Origin: a virus
Taxonomy: Duplodnaviria > Caudoviricetes
Virus record (IMG/VR): IMGVR_UViG_3300028557_000038
Location: 2,072-66,071 of that record
Length of the DNA: 64,000 bases
Direction: 5' to 3' (one strand)
Shown here: piece after piece, positions 15,876-26,004 of the stretch
Layout: the number at the start of each line of letters is the position of its first letter
Position numbering within the stretch: position 1 is the stretch's first letter
Translations under genes and position numbers: made by a program
The notes under the pieces: model-generated
Seen by the model: the letters and a program-made list of their open reading frames with translations, nothing else
Database searches by the model: none
What the model was told of the DNA's origin: nothing

Positions 15876-17900
15876 TTATTTAGGTTGATTATCAGTAATC
15901 AGTTTCACTTCGCAAGCATCAGTGGTGCAGTAAGCCTCACCAATAGCATCAGCAGCCATACCAGCATAGACACCAGAGAAGTCGATTGGGAACAATCTCA
16001 TAACTCCATCGTTCTCGTACTCTTCTGCTGTGATCTGTGTGTAAGGCATCTGAGGATAGACATGGTTACCACTAGGCAAGAACGAGACAGTCTTAAGTTG
16101 ACCATCATACATATGCAAAGCCGTACCAATAGCCGATGACTCTGTCTCTGGATCAAATGAGATAGTTACTGAGACTGAGTTGTCTGACCAGTAGCGTTGT
16201 GCAGTAGCAGCAAGTGCCATCTTCTCGTAGATACTTACATCTTTCTCACTTCGTTTTGCAGCAGATTTGATAGGGAAGAAGACAACCGAAGTCGTATCAG
16301 GAGACTCACTTGCTGGTTCTACTCGATAGTTTGCTAACTTAAACAAGGGAAGCATTGGGTCTGAGTTAGAGAAACGAATAGCACGATTAAAGTACTGACC
16401 ACCAACAGTCCAGTGAACTCCTGGAGATTCTCCAGCCAAGATACTTACTGTTCCTGATGGCTTGACTGTGGTCATTTTGATTGACTCACGGATACCAAGC
16501 CACTCTGAGTAGTTGGTGTCGTATGACTTGATGGTTTTGTAGCCTTCATCCATCCATTGACGCAGTACAGGAAGTCCCTTGTTGTCTGCAAAGTTTGCTA
16601 CTCCCGATACAGATGTACCGATACGGCGATTACGCTGCATGATTGCGTTGGTCTCTTCCCAGTGCGTTGGAAGGAGAGTCACAGTCTTTGCATACAGGTA
16701 TGCAAACTTTAATGTGCGCTTGAAGTCATCGAGGTCTGTGTGGCGATTCAAGTAGGTCTCTACCAGTGTGCAGCACTCGTATGACTCTAGTGACTGCTCG
16801 GCACATGGGTTGTACCCTGCAATACGCCAGTCCTTGTTGTTGATTGGATCTGCGAGGCGACCATACTGCTTAGAGATGTCCATCCAGATAACTCCTGGCT
16901 CACCATTACGGGCGATGCCTTCGATGATGTTATCTAGGTTATCTCCTACATTAACTGCCACTGAGTTGTTTGACATCCAGCCATGTGTCATACGCTCTGG
17001 ATACTTCTCGTAGTTCTTCAGGTTTAGAAACTCTTCATCTTCAATGCGACCGATGAGTAGTTCTGCAGAGCGACGGACGTTGCCAGAGACAACGCACACA
17101 CCGATCATGTTGCCGATGTCTGCGATGTCACGACGAGTTAACTTCTGACCAGCACGATCTTTGAATAGTTCACCGATGTACTGATGCAGTTTGATTAGCG
17201 GTTCTGCTCCTGCTGCGGTTCCACCAAAGGTGCGGATTGGTTCACCCGCTGGACGGATTGCTTCGTAATTAAATACTGGAGCCTTCGTATCTGGTTTGAG
17301 GTAGGCATTGATGAGGGCGGCTGTTGCTTCGACCCAACCTTCTCTGGTGTCTGGGATGGCATAAGTAGTTTCTCCTTGTGGTGCATAGATAGCAAAGTCT
17401 TTGTCAGCGCCCTTGTCATCGAAGCCAACTCCCACTCCTAGCATTGATGCCTCCATCAAGAATGCAAAAGGCTTTGCTGGGTCTGTCTTGACCATCGATC
17501 CAGTTGAAACGAAGGCGCAGTTCTGTAATGCCGCTGAGTTGCGTTGCTCATTGACTAGTGGAGTTCCCATGACCCAAAGACCTCGTCCTGGTGGTGTCCA
17601 CTTCAAGTTCCATAAGCGATCGAATGCCTCCTTGGCTGATGCTGCTGCCTTTGCATCTGACCATGGCAATCGGTTTGTCTTTGCGTGATCTTTCTGTAAT
17701 GAGTACATGCCATTGATGACTCGCTCACACACATCAACCCACGTCTCCTTCGTACCATCTGCCTTGAGGCGAGAATAGGTACGTAAAAAAGTTATCTCTC
17801 CAACCGAGTTTCCTGCTGCATCTTGATAACCAAACGGCGCCTTCTTTGGGCGGTACGGTCCAATAAAGTCCTCAGTAAGTTTGAAAGATAATGTTGTCAT
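15876..17900 (-). CDS. nrdJ: Class II (adenosylcobalamin-dependent) ribonucleotide reductase
   Basis: PPGRGLW, LQNCAF, GNVRRSA, NPCAEQ, TTVKPSGT of RTPR-type NrdJ. Confidence 0.95.
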   Translation of the reverse strand: MTTLSFKLTEDFIGPYRPKKAPFGYQDAAGNSVGEITFLRTYSRLKADGTKETWVDVCERVINGMYSLQKDHAKTNRLPWSDAKAAASAKEAFDRLWNLKWTPPGRGLWVMGTPLVNEQRNSAALQNCAFVSTGSMVKTDPAKPFAFLMEASMLGVGVGFDDKGADKDFAIYAPQGETTYAIPDTREGWVEATAALINAYLKPDTKAPVFNYEAIRPAGEPIRTFGGTAAGAEPLIKLHQYIGELFKDRAGQKLTRRDIADIGNMIGVCVVSGNVRRSAELLIGRIEDEEFLNLKNYEKYPERMTHGWMSNNSVAVNVGDNLDNIIEGIARNGEPGVIWMDISKQYGRLADPINNKDWRIAGYNPCAEQSLESYECCTLVETYLNRHTDLDDFKRTLKFAYLYAKTVTLLPTHWEETNAIMQRNRRIGTSVSGVANFADNKGLPVLRQWMDEGYKTIKSYDTNYSEWLGIRESIKMTTVKPSGTVSILAGESPGVHWTVGGQYFNRAIRFSNSDPMLPLFKLANYRVEPASESPDTTSVVFFPIKSAAKRSEKDVSIYEKMALAATAQRYWSDNSVSVTISFDPETESSAIGTALHMYDGQLKTVSFLPSGNHVYPQMPYTQITAEEYENDGVMRLFPIDFSGVYAGMAADAIGEAYCTTDACEVKLITDNQPK

Positions 17901-18071
17901 AACCCCTACCATTTCTGTAAATGTCTAAATACCCCTCAGTGGGTTGCTTAGTATTGCGCTTGAGAACCTATCATGTATATGCTAACTTTGCGAAGTATTA
18001 ATCGAAAAAGAAAATGGTCAACTACGGGTGAGATATGAATCACACCCTGTTAACTGCTGTTATCAGATAAG

Positions 18072-19577
18072 TTAGTCTTCTATTGATTCAGAGATAATTT
18101 TAGTAATGGTCTCTTCACGAATTGGATTAGGGAACTCTTTGAGAGCCTGAGCACGATCTCCAAAGATTGCAGAGAGCACTCCACCAGAAGATTGTCGGCT
18201 GGCTGTGATCTGAATGAACTCTTTATTCTGATCCATCTCGTTGACATTACCCACTAACTTGAGTAGGCGATCGATCTCTTGAGAAAGATTTGGATCTGCG
18301 TATCCGCCATTCATTTCCTCTGCAAAACGCATAAAAGCAACTCTCTGCCCCTGCATTTCGATAATTGCAGTAAGTAATGCCTTTAGTTGCTCCTTAGTTT
18401 TTACCTCTACTGGAAGATTAAATGCACAAGTATTTTGCGGCTTGAACGCTGGACAGTTAGAGGCAACGAAGCAGGTATCGCATTGGCGAAGAGAATTCTG
18501 TTGTGTTTTAATGACGGGTACATCTATCAAAACATCGTTGCCATCATCATCTGTCTCAACTATCGTCTTCATTTTGAAACCAAAAACAGGCAAGTTTGTC
18601 ATCTCTTCAGGGGCTCTTTCTACTGCTCCACTGCGCTCCACTTTCCCCCCATCTGCTCCACTGTTATCAGAAGTGGACAGTTCTAATCCCATCAACCCCG
18701 TCATAAACTCATCGCTATTATCAGATAAGTTCTTGTCTTTACCACCATCAATGATGTGGAAGTTGGGGGTCTTCTTGTCCATGGATTCCTCTAGTTTCTT
18801 GTATGACCAGACAGCAACTCTAGTTGCTTCAAGGGTACTATCTTTGACAAACTCTAAATAGTCTAGTCCAGCCTTCTCTACAATGTTCTTGTAGCGAGGT
18901 CGTGCCTGATCCTTCATCTTTTTGGGATAACGTACTAGACGTGCTCCATCCCAGATGATCGTCTCACCTCTACGCATAGGCGATAGCCATGACAATGTGC
19001 TGGCAGTGACAAATGGTATAGATCTTAGGTTGTCTGGCTTGGCACATCCGAGGGCGTGGTAGTTGACTTTGAACTGGTTGGAGTAAGTCCTTGTTACGGC
19101 GGCCAAGTTAGTTACTGACTCGATCTCGTCATGGGGAATAGCCACATTGTGAAAGTTGCGTGACATCTCTGCCAACTTACTCTGGCCATACTCTTCATGC
19201 CATATGACCCATAGTTTAGGGTCGTTACTGAAGAAGGGACGCTGCGCTTCTATCCATTCAAGGCCGAGTATTTGTGAGTCGAACTCTAAGAACCCTTCAG
19301 CACGATCTGCATTGTTGACAAGGAACTCTTGATAGTCAGCGGCCAAGTCAATGAGTTCCTCACGAGATAGCCCAGCCTTGTCAGCCTGTGATGCCCCTGA
19401 TTCAATGTAGACCTTGGTCTCTGGGTCAAAGTGCTCGCTTATAAGCCAGATTTTAGTCTTAGGTAGACCACGCTTACGAAGACCCCAAAAGTTGAGTCCC
19501 ATCGACTCAACTTTCATGCCTTCTAGCAGGGTGCGATTGGAACCAACCTCTACACCTGAAAAGATAAGTTTAGTCAT
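18072..19577 (-). CDS. Hypothetical protein; weak TGT-like N-domain and Cys-rich C-domain
   Basis: YHALGC...LRSIPFVTASTLSW resembles the HxLG...PFxSxDSxSW motif but lacks the Asp; CDTC...NC...C. Confidence 0.4.
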   Translation of the reverse strand: MTKLIFSGVEVGSNRTLLEGMKVESMGLNFWGLRKRGLPKTKIWLISEHFDPETKVYIESGASQADKAGLSREELIDLAADYQEFLVNNADRAEGFLEFDSQILGLEWIEAQRPFFSNDPKLWVIWHEEYGQSKLAEMSRNFHNVAIPHDEIESVTNLAAVTRTYSNQFKVNYHALGCAKPDNLRSIPFVTASTLSWLSPMRRGETIIWDGARLVRYPKKMKDQARPRYKNIVEKAGLDYLEFVKDSTLEATRVAVWSYKKLEESMDKKTPNFHIIDGGKDKNLSDNSDEFMTGLMGLELSTSDNSGADGGKVERSGAVERAPEEMTNLPVFGFKMKTIVETDDDGNDVLIDVPVIKTQQNSLRQCDTCFVASNCPAFKPQNTCAFNLPVEVKTKEQLKALLTAIIEMQGQRVAFMRFAEEMNGGYADPNLSQEIDRLLKLVGNVNEMDQNKEFIQITASRQSSGGVLSAIFGDRAQALKEFPNPIREETITKIISESIED

Positions 19578-20058
19578 CCCAGAACTCTAGTTCCTTGGGG
19601 TTAGCAGCATCTCTGGACTTAGCCACGTTGACTCGATTGATGGAGTTTTCAATATCAGACCATTGACGAACTTTCTTAGGTGCGTCTGGACGACGTTCTA
19701 CGGCAAGAAACCCTGGGTTCATAAACATAATTGCAGGAATACCTTGCTCTTCAAAGACCCATGCACACATAGAAGGATCAGAGTCCACATACATCTCAAT
19801 CGGTGCACGAGAACGACTTAGAATAAACTGGCGCTTCTTTAAGTCTTCGCCCTCTAAATGGTAAGAGTAATCAATCAGATCATCGTAGTTGATAATTCCG
19901 TGCGAATTAAGCCAATGCTCTGCATCTTCTTTCTTGCGAGAGGTTCTAATAGCCACTCGATTATTGATGTTTAAAGCATAGTAGAGCATGACTCCTGCTC
20001 GGATTGGATCGCCTGAGTCCGAACTTAGTACGCCGTCTAGTGATAGTAGTACGTTCAA
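19570..20058 (-). CDS. HAD-fold protein (degenerate)
   Basis: LLSLDGVL, TSR, WL and YVDSDP pattern as in PNKP-type phosphatase domains. Confidence 0.5.
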   Translation of the reverse strand: MNVLLSLDGVLSSDSGDPIRAGVMLYYALNINNRVAIRTSRKKEDAEHWLNSHGIINYDDLIDYSYHLEGEDLKKRQFILSRSRAPIEMYVDSDPSMCAWVFEEQGIPAIMFMNPGFLAVERRPDAPKKVRQWSDIENSINRVNVAKSRDAANPKELEFWDD

Positions 20059-20066
20059 TTTAGTCC

Positions 20067-20576
20067 TTAGTTGTTAGTTTTTGCCCTTAAGTTTACGTGA
20101 GTTATATTTTTTTCTTTATAGGTATCTCTTACTTCAAATGAGCCAGAAACTATGTGCTCAGACTCATCACCAAAATGGTCTACTCCCATCTTAGCCACAT
20201 CAAGGGCTCTAACATCATGGGGGTAGTGAAAAACAACGGGTTTTCCTTTTCCTTGTAAAGCAAACCCTTCAGCAACAGAGTCCTTGGACGTAGCAGAACT
20301 TAAAGGATGGTGTACATACTCCCCTTTTTTAGGGATTTTGTTTCCTTTTGGTAAGTTAACTCCAGAGACAAGCAATTTAGAGTGAGTTGGTCTTTCAGAA
20401 GAGGAATGTTGATTTACTGCGGAAATAAGGTTACTGACGGCTTGTACCTTAGAGTGTTCTTCGTTTGGAGTTGTACCTTCACTTAAAGATTGTGCAATAT
20501 TTTTCCAAGAAGTTTTATTCCCTAAACTGGTGTAACCAGTAAGAGCAGAAAATTGAGCAGCACTTAAGTTACTCAT
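20067..20576 (-). CDS. ADP-ribosyltransferase-like protein with MSNLSAAQF tag
   Basis: LSSATSKDSVAEGF (STS-like) and ESEHIV (ExE) motifs. Confidence 0.6.
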   Translation of the reverse strand: MSNLSAAQFSALTGYTSLGNKTSWKNIAQSLSEGTTPNEEHSKVQAVSNLISAVNQHSSSERPTHSKLLVSGVNLPKGNKIPKKGEYVHHPLSSATSKDSVAEGFALQGKGKPVVFHYPHDVRALDVAKMGVDHFGDESEHIVSGSFEVRDTYKEKNITHVNLRAKTNN

Positions 20577-21511
20577 TGAGGATTCCTGTACGTTGCTGCT
20601 CGTCGGATTAGTGTCTGTGTATCGGGTAGATCAATTCCGTAAGTCTCTTGTGCTTGTTTGTTCTTGTACTCACTCCAGTAGTCGTGCATCTGACGAAGCG
20701 CTGGTACTGTGCCGTACTTCTTACCAGCCTGCCAGCGATAGTTGTATACATCTGCATACCCACCACCACTAGGGCTGAAAGCATAGCGACGACTGTGATG
20801 AATGTCCTCAAATAACATAGAGCCATGCATCAATAACTGTTGCACTTTAAACTCTGCGTTACGACGTGCTGCATCATTTTGAGCACCCTTCAAGTCTGTT
20901 AATGCTTGTGAATAACGCATTACTACATCGGATGCACTCTGTAAATCACGTTGTGCAGCCTTCTCACCCACTGGATTAATAGGTGCAGATTGCTTCTCTG
21001 GAAAGACTGTCCAGTCGTTATGAGTTAAGTCGTATGCTGCATAAGGATTGATAGTACGAATATCTGTAGCGCCAGGATTGACATAGAAAGTTACTTCAAA
21101 TCCATTCCAGTCTTTTGTATCTGGCTGCAGTTGCTCACGGAAATCTTCGTTGAGCATCTTGCTGATCTCTGTATCACCGAGTCCGTTGTACTCTGGGTGA
21201 GCCTTACGGAATTGGATATAGTCAACGCCGATTAAGACATCTAAGTCTCCTGGCTCACGAGCAGCAGACCACTGGTAAGATACTGCAGAACCTGCAAGCC
21301 ATACATGTGTCCAGAGATCAGGATGACGATAGGTCTCATTAAGGAAACCAAATAACTCTTGAAGAAGCCCATTACGAACCCAGCCCTTGAGCATTGTTCC
21401 AGAGAACAACTCAGGATCTAGAGTGTTTTCTGGTTGGGAGAAGTACGATGTCGGTAGAGCCTGTATAGACACAGGTCCAACATAGCGGTCTAATCCATCA
21501 GGGCGATTCAT
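20573..21511 (-). CDS. Pol-beta-family nucleotidyltransferase
   Basis: LAGSAVSYQW...GDLDVLI (GS...DxD). Confidence 0.75.
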   Translation of the reverse strand: MNRPDGLDRYVGPVSIQALPTSYFSQPENTLDPELFSGTMLKGWVRNGLLQELFGFLNETYRHPDLWTHVWLAGSAVSYQWSAAREPGDLDVLIGVDYIQFRKAHPEYNGLGDTEISKMLNEDFREQLQPDTKDWNGFEVTFYVNPGATDIRTINPYAAYDLTHNDWTVFPEKQSAPINPVGEKAAQRDLQSASDVVMRYSQALTDLKGAQNDAARRNAEFKVQQLLMHGSMLFEDIHHSRRYAFSPSGGGYADVYNYRWQAGKKYGTVPALRQMHDYWSEYKNKQAQETYGIDLPDTQTLIRRAATYRNPQ

Positions 21512-21528
21512 ACCCTTAGTTTAGGTGG

Positions 21529-21804
21529 TTATTCTGCTTGGCGGTTTGCTAAAGCCTCAGCAATGCGTACTTTTGCCATCTCTTCTGGAGTTGGCGGCAT
21601 TAACTTAGCAAGGACAGCCTTGGAGACACGATCAGCCAGTAGTTGTGACTCAATGTCACCCACTAACTCCTTGCAGCATCCAAAGATGTCGTAGGTAGTT
21701 GCTTGTCGTGCGACTGTATCGCTGGCAGGAAACACATGTGTAGACAGTGTTCCATCCTCATTGATAACTACACTGAAGCCTGCTTGAATTTTATCTTCTT
21801 CCAT
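21529..21804 (-). CDS. Hypothetical protein
   Basis: ATG at 21804 coupled to upstream stop. Confidence 0.6.
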   Translation of the reverse strand: MEEDKIQAGFSVVINEDGTLSTHVFPASDTVARQATTYDIFGCCKELVGDIESQLLADRVSKAVLAKLMPPTPEEMAKVRIAEALANRQAE

Positions 21805-22352
21805 TATTTCATTCCTAACAGTTTTTGTTTGCGCTCTGCAACTCCGATTGCTACTGGACAAAAATCACAAAGGTAAGTCTTTTGACCTGGAGTGTCTTTG
21901 TACTTACCCATACCTTCTTTGATGCGGTCTTTTTCTGTCTTTGGGATAAGCATAAGATTGTTATCGTGCCAATCTGGACATCCGTCTTTTGGTTGATTAT
22001 GGCGCTTGTAACACGACATAGCATCTTCCATAAAAGTAGAACGGGAATCATAGAAGGTCTCATCAATTGCTGCAAGTCCTGCTGATCCACCGCATTTGAT
22101 CTGGCTGATGATCTCTCGCTTTGATTCGTTGTGTGCCCATGCACGAAGTGGCAGGACAAATAATTTGCCTTTGTGTGGCTCTCCTGAGGGAAATACATGT
22201 GCCTCACATGCAACAGCAAGGAGGTGATCTAACTCTGGCTCACCATCGTATGGTGGCAATTCATCTAAAGATTGGCAGACAAGACAGTAAAGCAACCGAA
22301 ACATCGGTTCTTGGTCTTTAGGTTTTTCACCCAGGATTGGTACGTTACTCAT
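21804..22352 (-). CDS. Cys-rich hypothetical protein
   Basis: AAGGAG RBS; CLVC and LCDFCP. Confidence 0.7.
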   Translation of the reverse strand: MSNVPILGEKPKDQEPMFRLLYCLVCQSLDELPPYDGEPELDHLLAVACEAHVFPSGEPHKGKLFVLPLRAWAHNESKREIISQIKCGGSAGLAAIDETFYDSRSTFMEDAMSCYKRHNQPKDGCPDWHDNNLMLIPKTEKDRIKEGMGKYKDTPGQKTYLCDFCPVAIGVAERKQKLLGMK

Positions 22353-22390
22353 TGTGCTCCTTGTAGTAGTCCGATTATCCTAACAGATTA

Positions 22391-22573
22391 TTAATCGAAT
22401 TGTTTAGGCTTTCTTGGCGCTTGATACTGCATCTTTTGTTCTTTATTTACTTTTTGAGACTCACCATAAGCACGATTCTTAGACTTTCCGCCTATGCGAC
22501 GATCGTTAAATAGGTTGTGTGGTTGCCTACGCTCAAACTCACCAGGATCTGGTGCGCCAAGTGCTGTCCTCAT
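22391..22573 (-). CDS. Small hypothetical protein
   Basis: Part of chain of translationally coupled ORFs. Confidence 0.5.
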   Translation of the reverse strand: MRTALGAPDPGEFERRQPHNLFNDRRIGGKSKNRAYGESQKVNKEQKMQYQAPRKPKQFD

Positions 22574-22890
22574 TATTGACGGGCTCCGTTATGTCCTTCA
22601 TCAAATACAGCACGACGAACGATGCCTTGATGACGAGAGGTGGTTGCGCTGTGCTTAGCCTTTGACATATCCCAGCCCTGATCACCATGCCAGGCGATCG
22701 GCGTTCCGTATGACATAACTGTGTAGGAAGGATTTGCTCCCTTGTAACGCTCTGCCTCACCTTGTGGCATCATTCCCGTATCTTGGCGAGAACCTTCTAG
22801 CCCTGACAATGCTGATGCCTTGAAAGGAACTTTGCTTGCAATAAAGTCTGGTGCTTTTGCTCTATTAGTTTTTGCGACTCTATCTGCCAT
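22573..22890 (-). CDS. YSYGTPIAW-family protein (paralogue of 5120..5416)
   Basis: PSYTVMSYGTPIAWH...HSATTSRHQGIVRRAV. Confidence 0.75.
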   Translation of the reverse strand: MADRVAKTNRAKAPDFIASKVPFKASALSGLEGSRQDTGMMPQGEAERYKGANPSYTVMSYGTPIAWHGDQGWDMSKAKHSATTSRHQGIVRRAVFDEGHNGARQ

Positions 22891-22892
22891 GA

Positions 22893-24118
22893 TTACTTGT
22901 CCTTAGGTGCTTTTGGGTTGTTGTCGTACTCAGGTAATGCCCATCCACCCATTTGTGGCATGTGCTTCTTTAACTCAGAGCCATGAGGACGACCTGATCG
23001 GTATCCCTTAGGACTTAACCAACGAATGTCTGCACTGTGACTAAAGTTTTCTTTAGCATCGTAGAAGTTTACTTTACGACGTGGATTGTCTCCACGATCA
23101 GGAACCATAGTTGACATGATTACTTACCTGGGTTTACTTTTCCTGGGTATTCAGATGTTGCAAATCCATAGCCATAGAAGGGGTGTAGTGACTGGCGATT
23201 CGCAATAGTTGCTGATGACTCAGTTCCTACTTCGGTATCTGGGCGAACCTTGCGGTACTTGCCATCTGTTGCGCCTTCATCTAGTGAGGCGTTCATTGAT
23301 CGTGATGAGTTAACTGTCATTATGCCATCTTACCTTTCACTCGTTGTGCATTGCGTTGTGTGACGCATGAGAGGCAGTGACCTCTATTTGTCATAAATTC
23401 TACAGGGTTCATAACTACTCCACAGGTTGGACATGGAGCAGATCCGTTGTAACGGGTTGCGTTCTCAGCGATCTGGCGAGCCTGCAACTCCATTGACATC
23501 ATGCCGTCTCCATCGCTCATTTAGGTCTCTTTCCTAACATCTCGTGAACTGCAGGTCCTGTGATGTTTACACTAGGACTAGTCCCAGAAAATTGAGAAGA
23601 AGACAGGCTGTTGTTAATGGCAGCGTTGGCTGCCATTCCTGATGCACCTTTACCGCCCTTGAGACCAAAACGAGCAGTTGTCATAGCGCCTCTTGCTGCT
23701 GCGCCTGCTGCTCCACGGAGTACTCCGCCGATTGCTACTGCTGCTACTGGAAATGGCATTATGTGCTCCCCAATCCGTTACGTTCTGCTGCTTGGTAACC
23801 AGCCACTCCACCAGAGAACCAAGAAATACGAGGTTCAGTATAGTTTCTATCTACCGTTACGATGTCATCAATTCCAGGTTGTTTTCTCTCGTATCCATAG
23901 CGTTCTGGAAAGAGTTGAATCTGTGGCAGAGGTGGTCGAACCATAGCCTGGATGTCTGCTCCAGGAATGTTCATCACCATAAGAGCCTGTGAGGTGAGGC
24001 GTTCTGCATTTGTTGACCATGGGCCATTGTATTGATAACGCTTTGCTACCTGATCAGGTTTGATCGGTGCACGCCAAGGCTTGGTGTGGTCGTATACTCC
24101 ATCAACATGTTGTGTCAT
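22893..24118 (-). CDS. Five small coupled hypothetical genes (22893-23117, 23120-23320, 23320-23520, 23517-23759, 23759-24118)
   Basis: Abutting/overlapping start-stop codons; 23320..23520 has CPTC...CLSC. Confidence 0.6.
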
Positions 24119-25467
24119 TAGAATAACTCCATTTGAGATGCTCTGTGAGAGTTACGTTTTTCTTGTTCTTTAAGTGCAGCACCGTGAGCAGCATCTGCTT
24201 CTTTTTTGGCTGGATTTGGATCGTTACCAGTCATTACACGGGTGCTTGCCCATGCTGCTTCGTTTACCATACGAGATGGAACTGAATACTGGAGGTTGTG
24301 TTTTTCTTGTAATCTTTTTGCTGTTTCATGCACCACATCTTGCAACACAGCGTGTTCTACAGTGTCTCCTGAAATTTTGGTATCACCTTTTGCAACGTTT
24401 CCTTTAACACTCATGGTTAAGTCACCAGCGGCTGCGTAAGGTGCTCCTGCAGGTTGATTGTAACTGAGACGACGATGATGAAGATCGTTTGCTGTTGGAG
24501 CAACGTTTGATAGGTGACCTTCATTTTTATCACGCAAACCATGATAATCAAGCATAAGTTGAGATCCAGAAACTTTTCCAGTTAACACATCATGTATGTT
24601 TGCAGCACGCATGTTGTACTCCTGATGTTCTGGCGTTCCAGGAAGAGGTGCTTCTGCATGAGACATTGAGTAACTAGCAAACTTTGGATTTGTGTAAGGA
24701 TCGTTTCCTTTACCAGTTTGCAGGGTAGCATGTGCAGCCGAAATGTTTTGTCGCATTCCGCCTTTACCTATTCCAGCAAGATCTACATTGTGAAGTGCAT
24801 GTGACACTCCTTCACGAACACCTGGAACAGTCATTGCAGCAACAATGTCGGGATGTACTTGAGAAAATGGAACAGTCTTTCCTATTTCTTCAGGTGAAAT
24901 ACGGTGTGAACCAGCAGTTGCTTCGTGAACTTTACTCACAAATTCAGGTGTGTAGGTAACGCTTCCCTTTTCATGAGCATTTAAAAGCGCTGTCAATGAA
25001 GACTTCTCATTTCCTGGGCGGTTTTTGTTGCTTAACTTTGCTGTTGCTTCAAATGCAGTCTGTGGGGAGATGTTTCGTCCTGCAACTAAGTCGTGGATTG
25101 GTGCAGCATTACGTGAGTAGAAGTTCACTCCGTGAACAGACTCTCCTGCACGAGGATTTTTTGCAGAGTTTTCAAAGTGCTGCATGGTGTTAGCAATAGC
25201 GTCTTCATGGTTATAAGGCCTGTTAACAGCGCCTTCATCCAATGCTCGTTGAGCACGCTTTGCTTTTCCAGCAATCTCTTTGTTTGGGTGATCTACCTTG
25301 GCAGCAAACTTTGCTAAGTTTTCACGAGTTTTGCTAGTGTGAGCGCTAACTGCTGCAAATGCACCAGTACGTTCTTCTGAAGTTAAATCGCTAAGTAATA
25401 AAGGACGTTGACCAGATAAAAACTCTGTGGAACGAGTTGATGGTTCTACAATTTCTTTTTTAGCCAT
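24118..25467 (-). CDS. Hypothetical protein, possible HhH-glycosylase-like fold, C-terminal QMELF
   Basis: Spaced motifs FY...AKLS...PKFASY...ANDLH...NEAAW; terminal QMELF resembles the beta-clamp motif QL[SD]LF. Confidence 0.4.
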   Translation of the reverse strand: MAKKEIVEPSTRSTEFLSGQRPLLLSDLTSEERTGAFAAVSAHTSKTRENLAKFAAKVDHPNKEIAGKAKRAQRALDEGAVNRPYNHEDAIANTMQHFENSAKNPRAGESVHGVNFYSRNAAPIHDLVAGRNISPQTAFEATAKLSNKNRPGNEKSSLTALLNAHEKGSVTYTPEFVSKVHEATAGSHRISPEEIGKTVPFSQVHPDIVAAMTVPGVREGVSHALHNVDLAGIGKGGMRQNISAAHATLQTGKGNDPYTNPKFASYSMSHAEAPLPGTPEHQEYNMRAANIHDVLTGKVSGSQLMLDYHGLRDKNEGHLSNVAPTANDLHHRRLSYNQPAGAPYAAAGDLTMSVKGNVAKGDTKISGDTVEHAVLQDVVHETAKRLQEKHNLQYSVPSRMVNEAAWASTRVMTGNDPNPAKKEADAAHGAALKEQEKRNSHRASQMELF

Positions 25468-25468
25468 G

Positions 25469-26002
25469 TTAGTTCCACGTTGGTCTCAAGTAGGCAAGCA
25501 TCGCCTGACGACGTGCATTGATTTCTCCTGGCTGATTAGCCTGTGTATTGGCCTTACCATCGTTAACGAGGTGAGGAGCAGGAGTAAGATGAGTTTGCGG
25601 TGCACTACGAGGGACCATGTATGACACAGCGCCATCACGATTTACAGGTACTGCTTTCATCTGACGGGCTAGACCCATGTCAGGGTTGAACTCTTCAGGC
25701 CAGTAGTACATAGATGGCTCAATGCGCTCACCTTTGTGTACACCACGTTGATAGGCTTTCTGGTTGACACGAGTCTTGATGCTATCCAGTAAACGGTCAT
25801 CACGACGTGAACGGATAGTACCAAGGTAGCCATCTGGGTATTCCGCAGATGGAACTCTACCAACACCAATACGGAGTGAATCCATGGTGTCACGGGCTAC
25901 AGGAGTACCTGCACCACCTTGATTGTTGTATCCAGCAAGACCACCGCCACCTAGAGATTGCCAGTTCTGGGAAGGAGAGAAGTTGTTATATCCGCCAGCC
26001 AT
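25469..26002 (-). CDS. Hypothetical protein
   Basis: 177 aa, operon packing. Confidence 0.7.
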   Translation of the reverse strand: MAGGYNNFSPSQNWQSLGGGGLAGYNNQGGAGTPVARDTMDSLRIGVGRVPSAEYPDGYLGTIRSRRDDRLLDSIKTRVNQKAYQRGVHKGERIEPSMYYWPEEFNPDMGLARQMKAVPVNRDGAVSYMVPRSAPQTHLTPAPHLVNDGKANTQANQPGEINARRQAMLAYLRPTWN

Positions 26003-26004
26003 AG

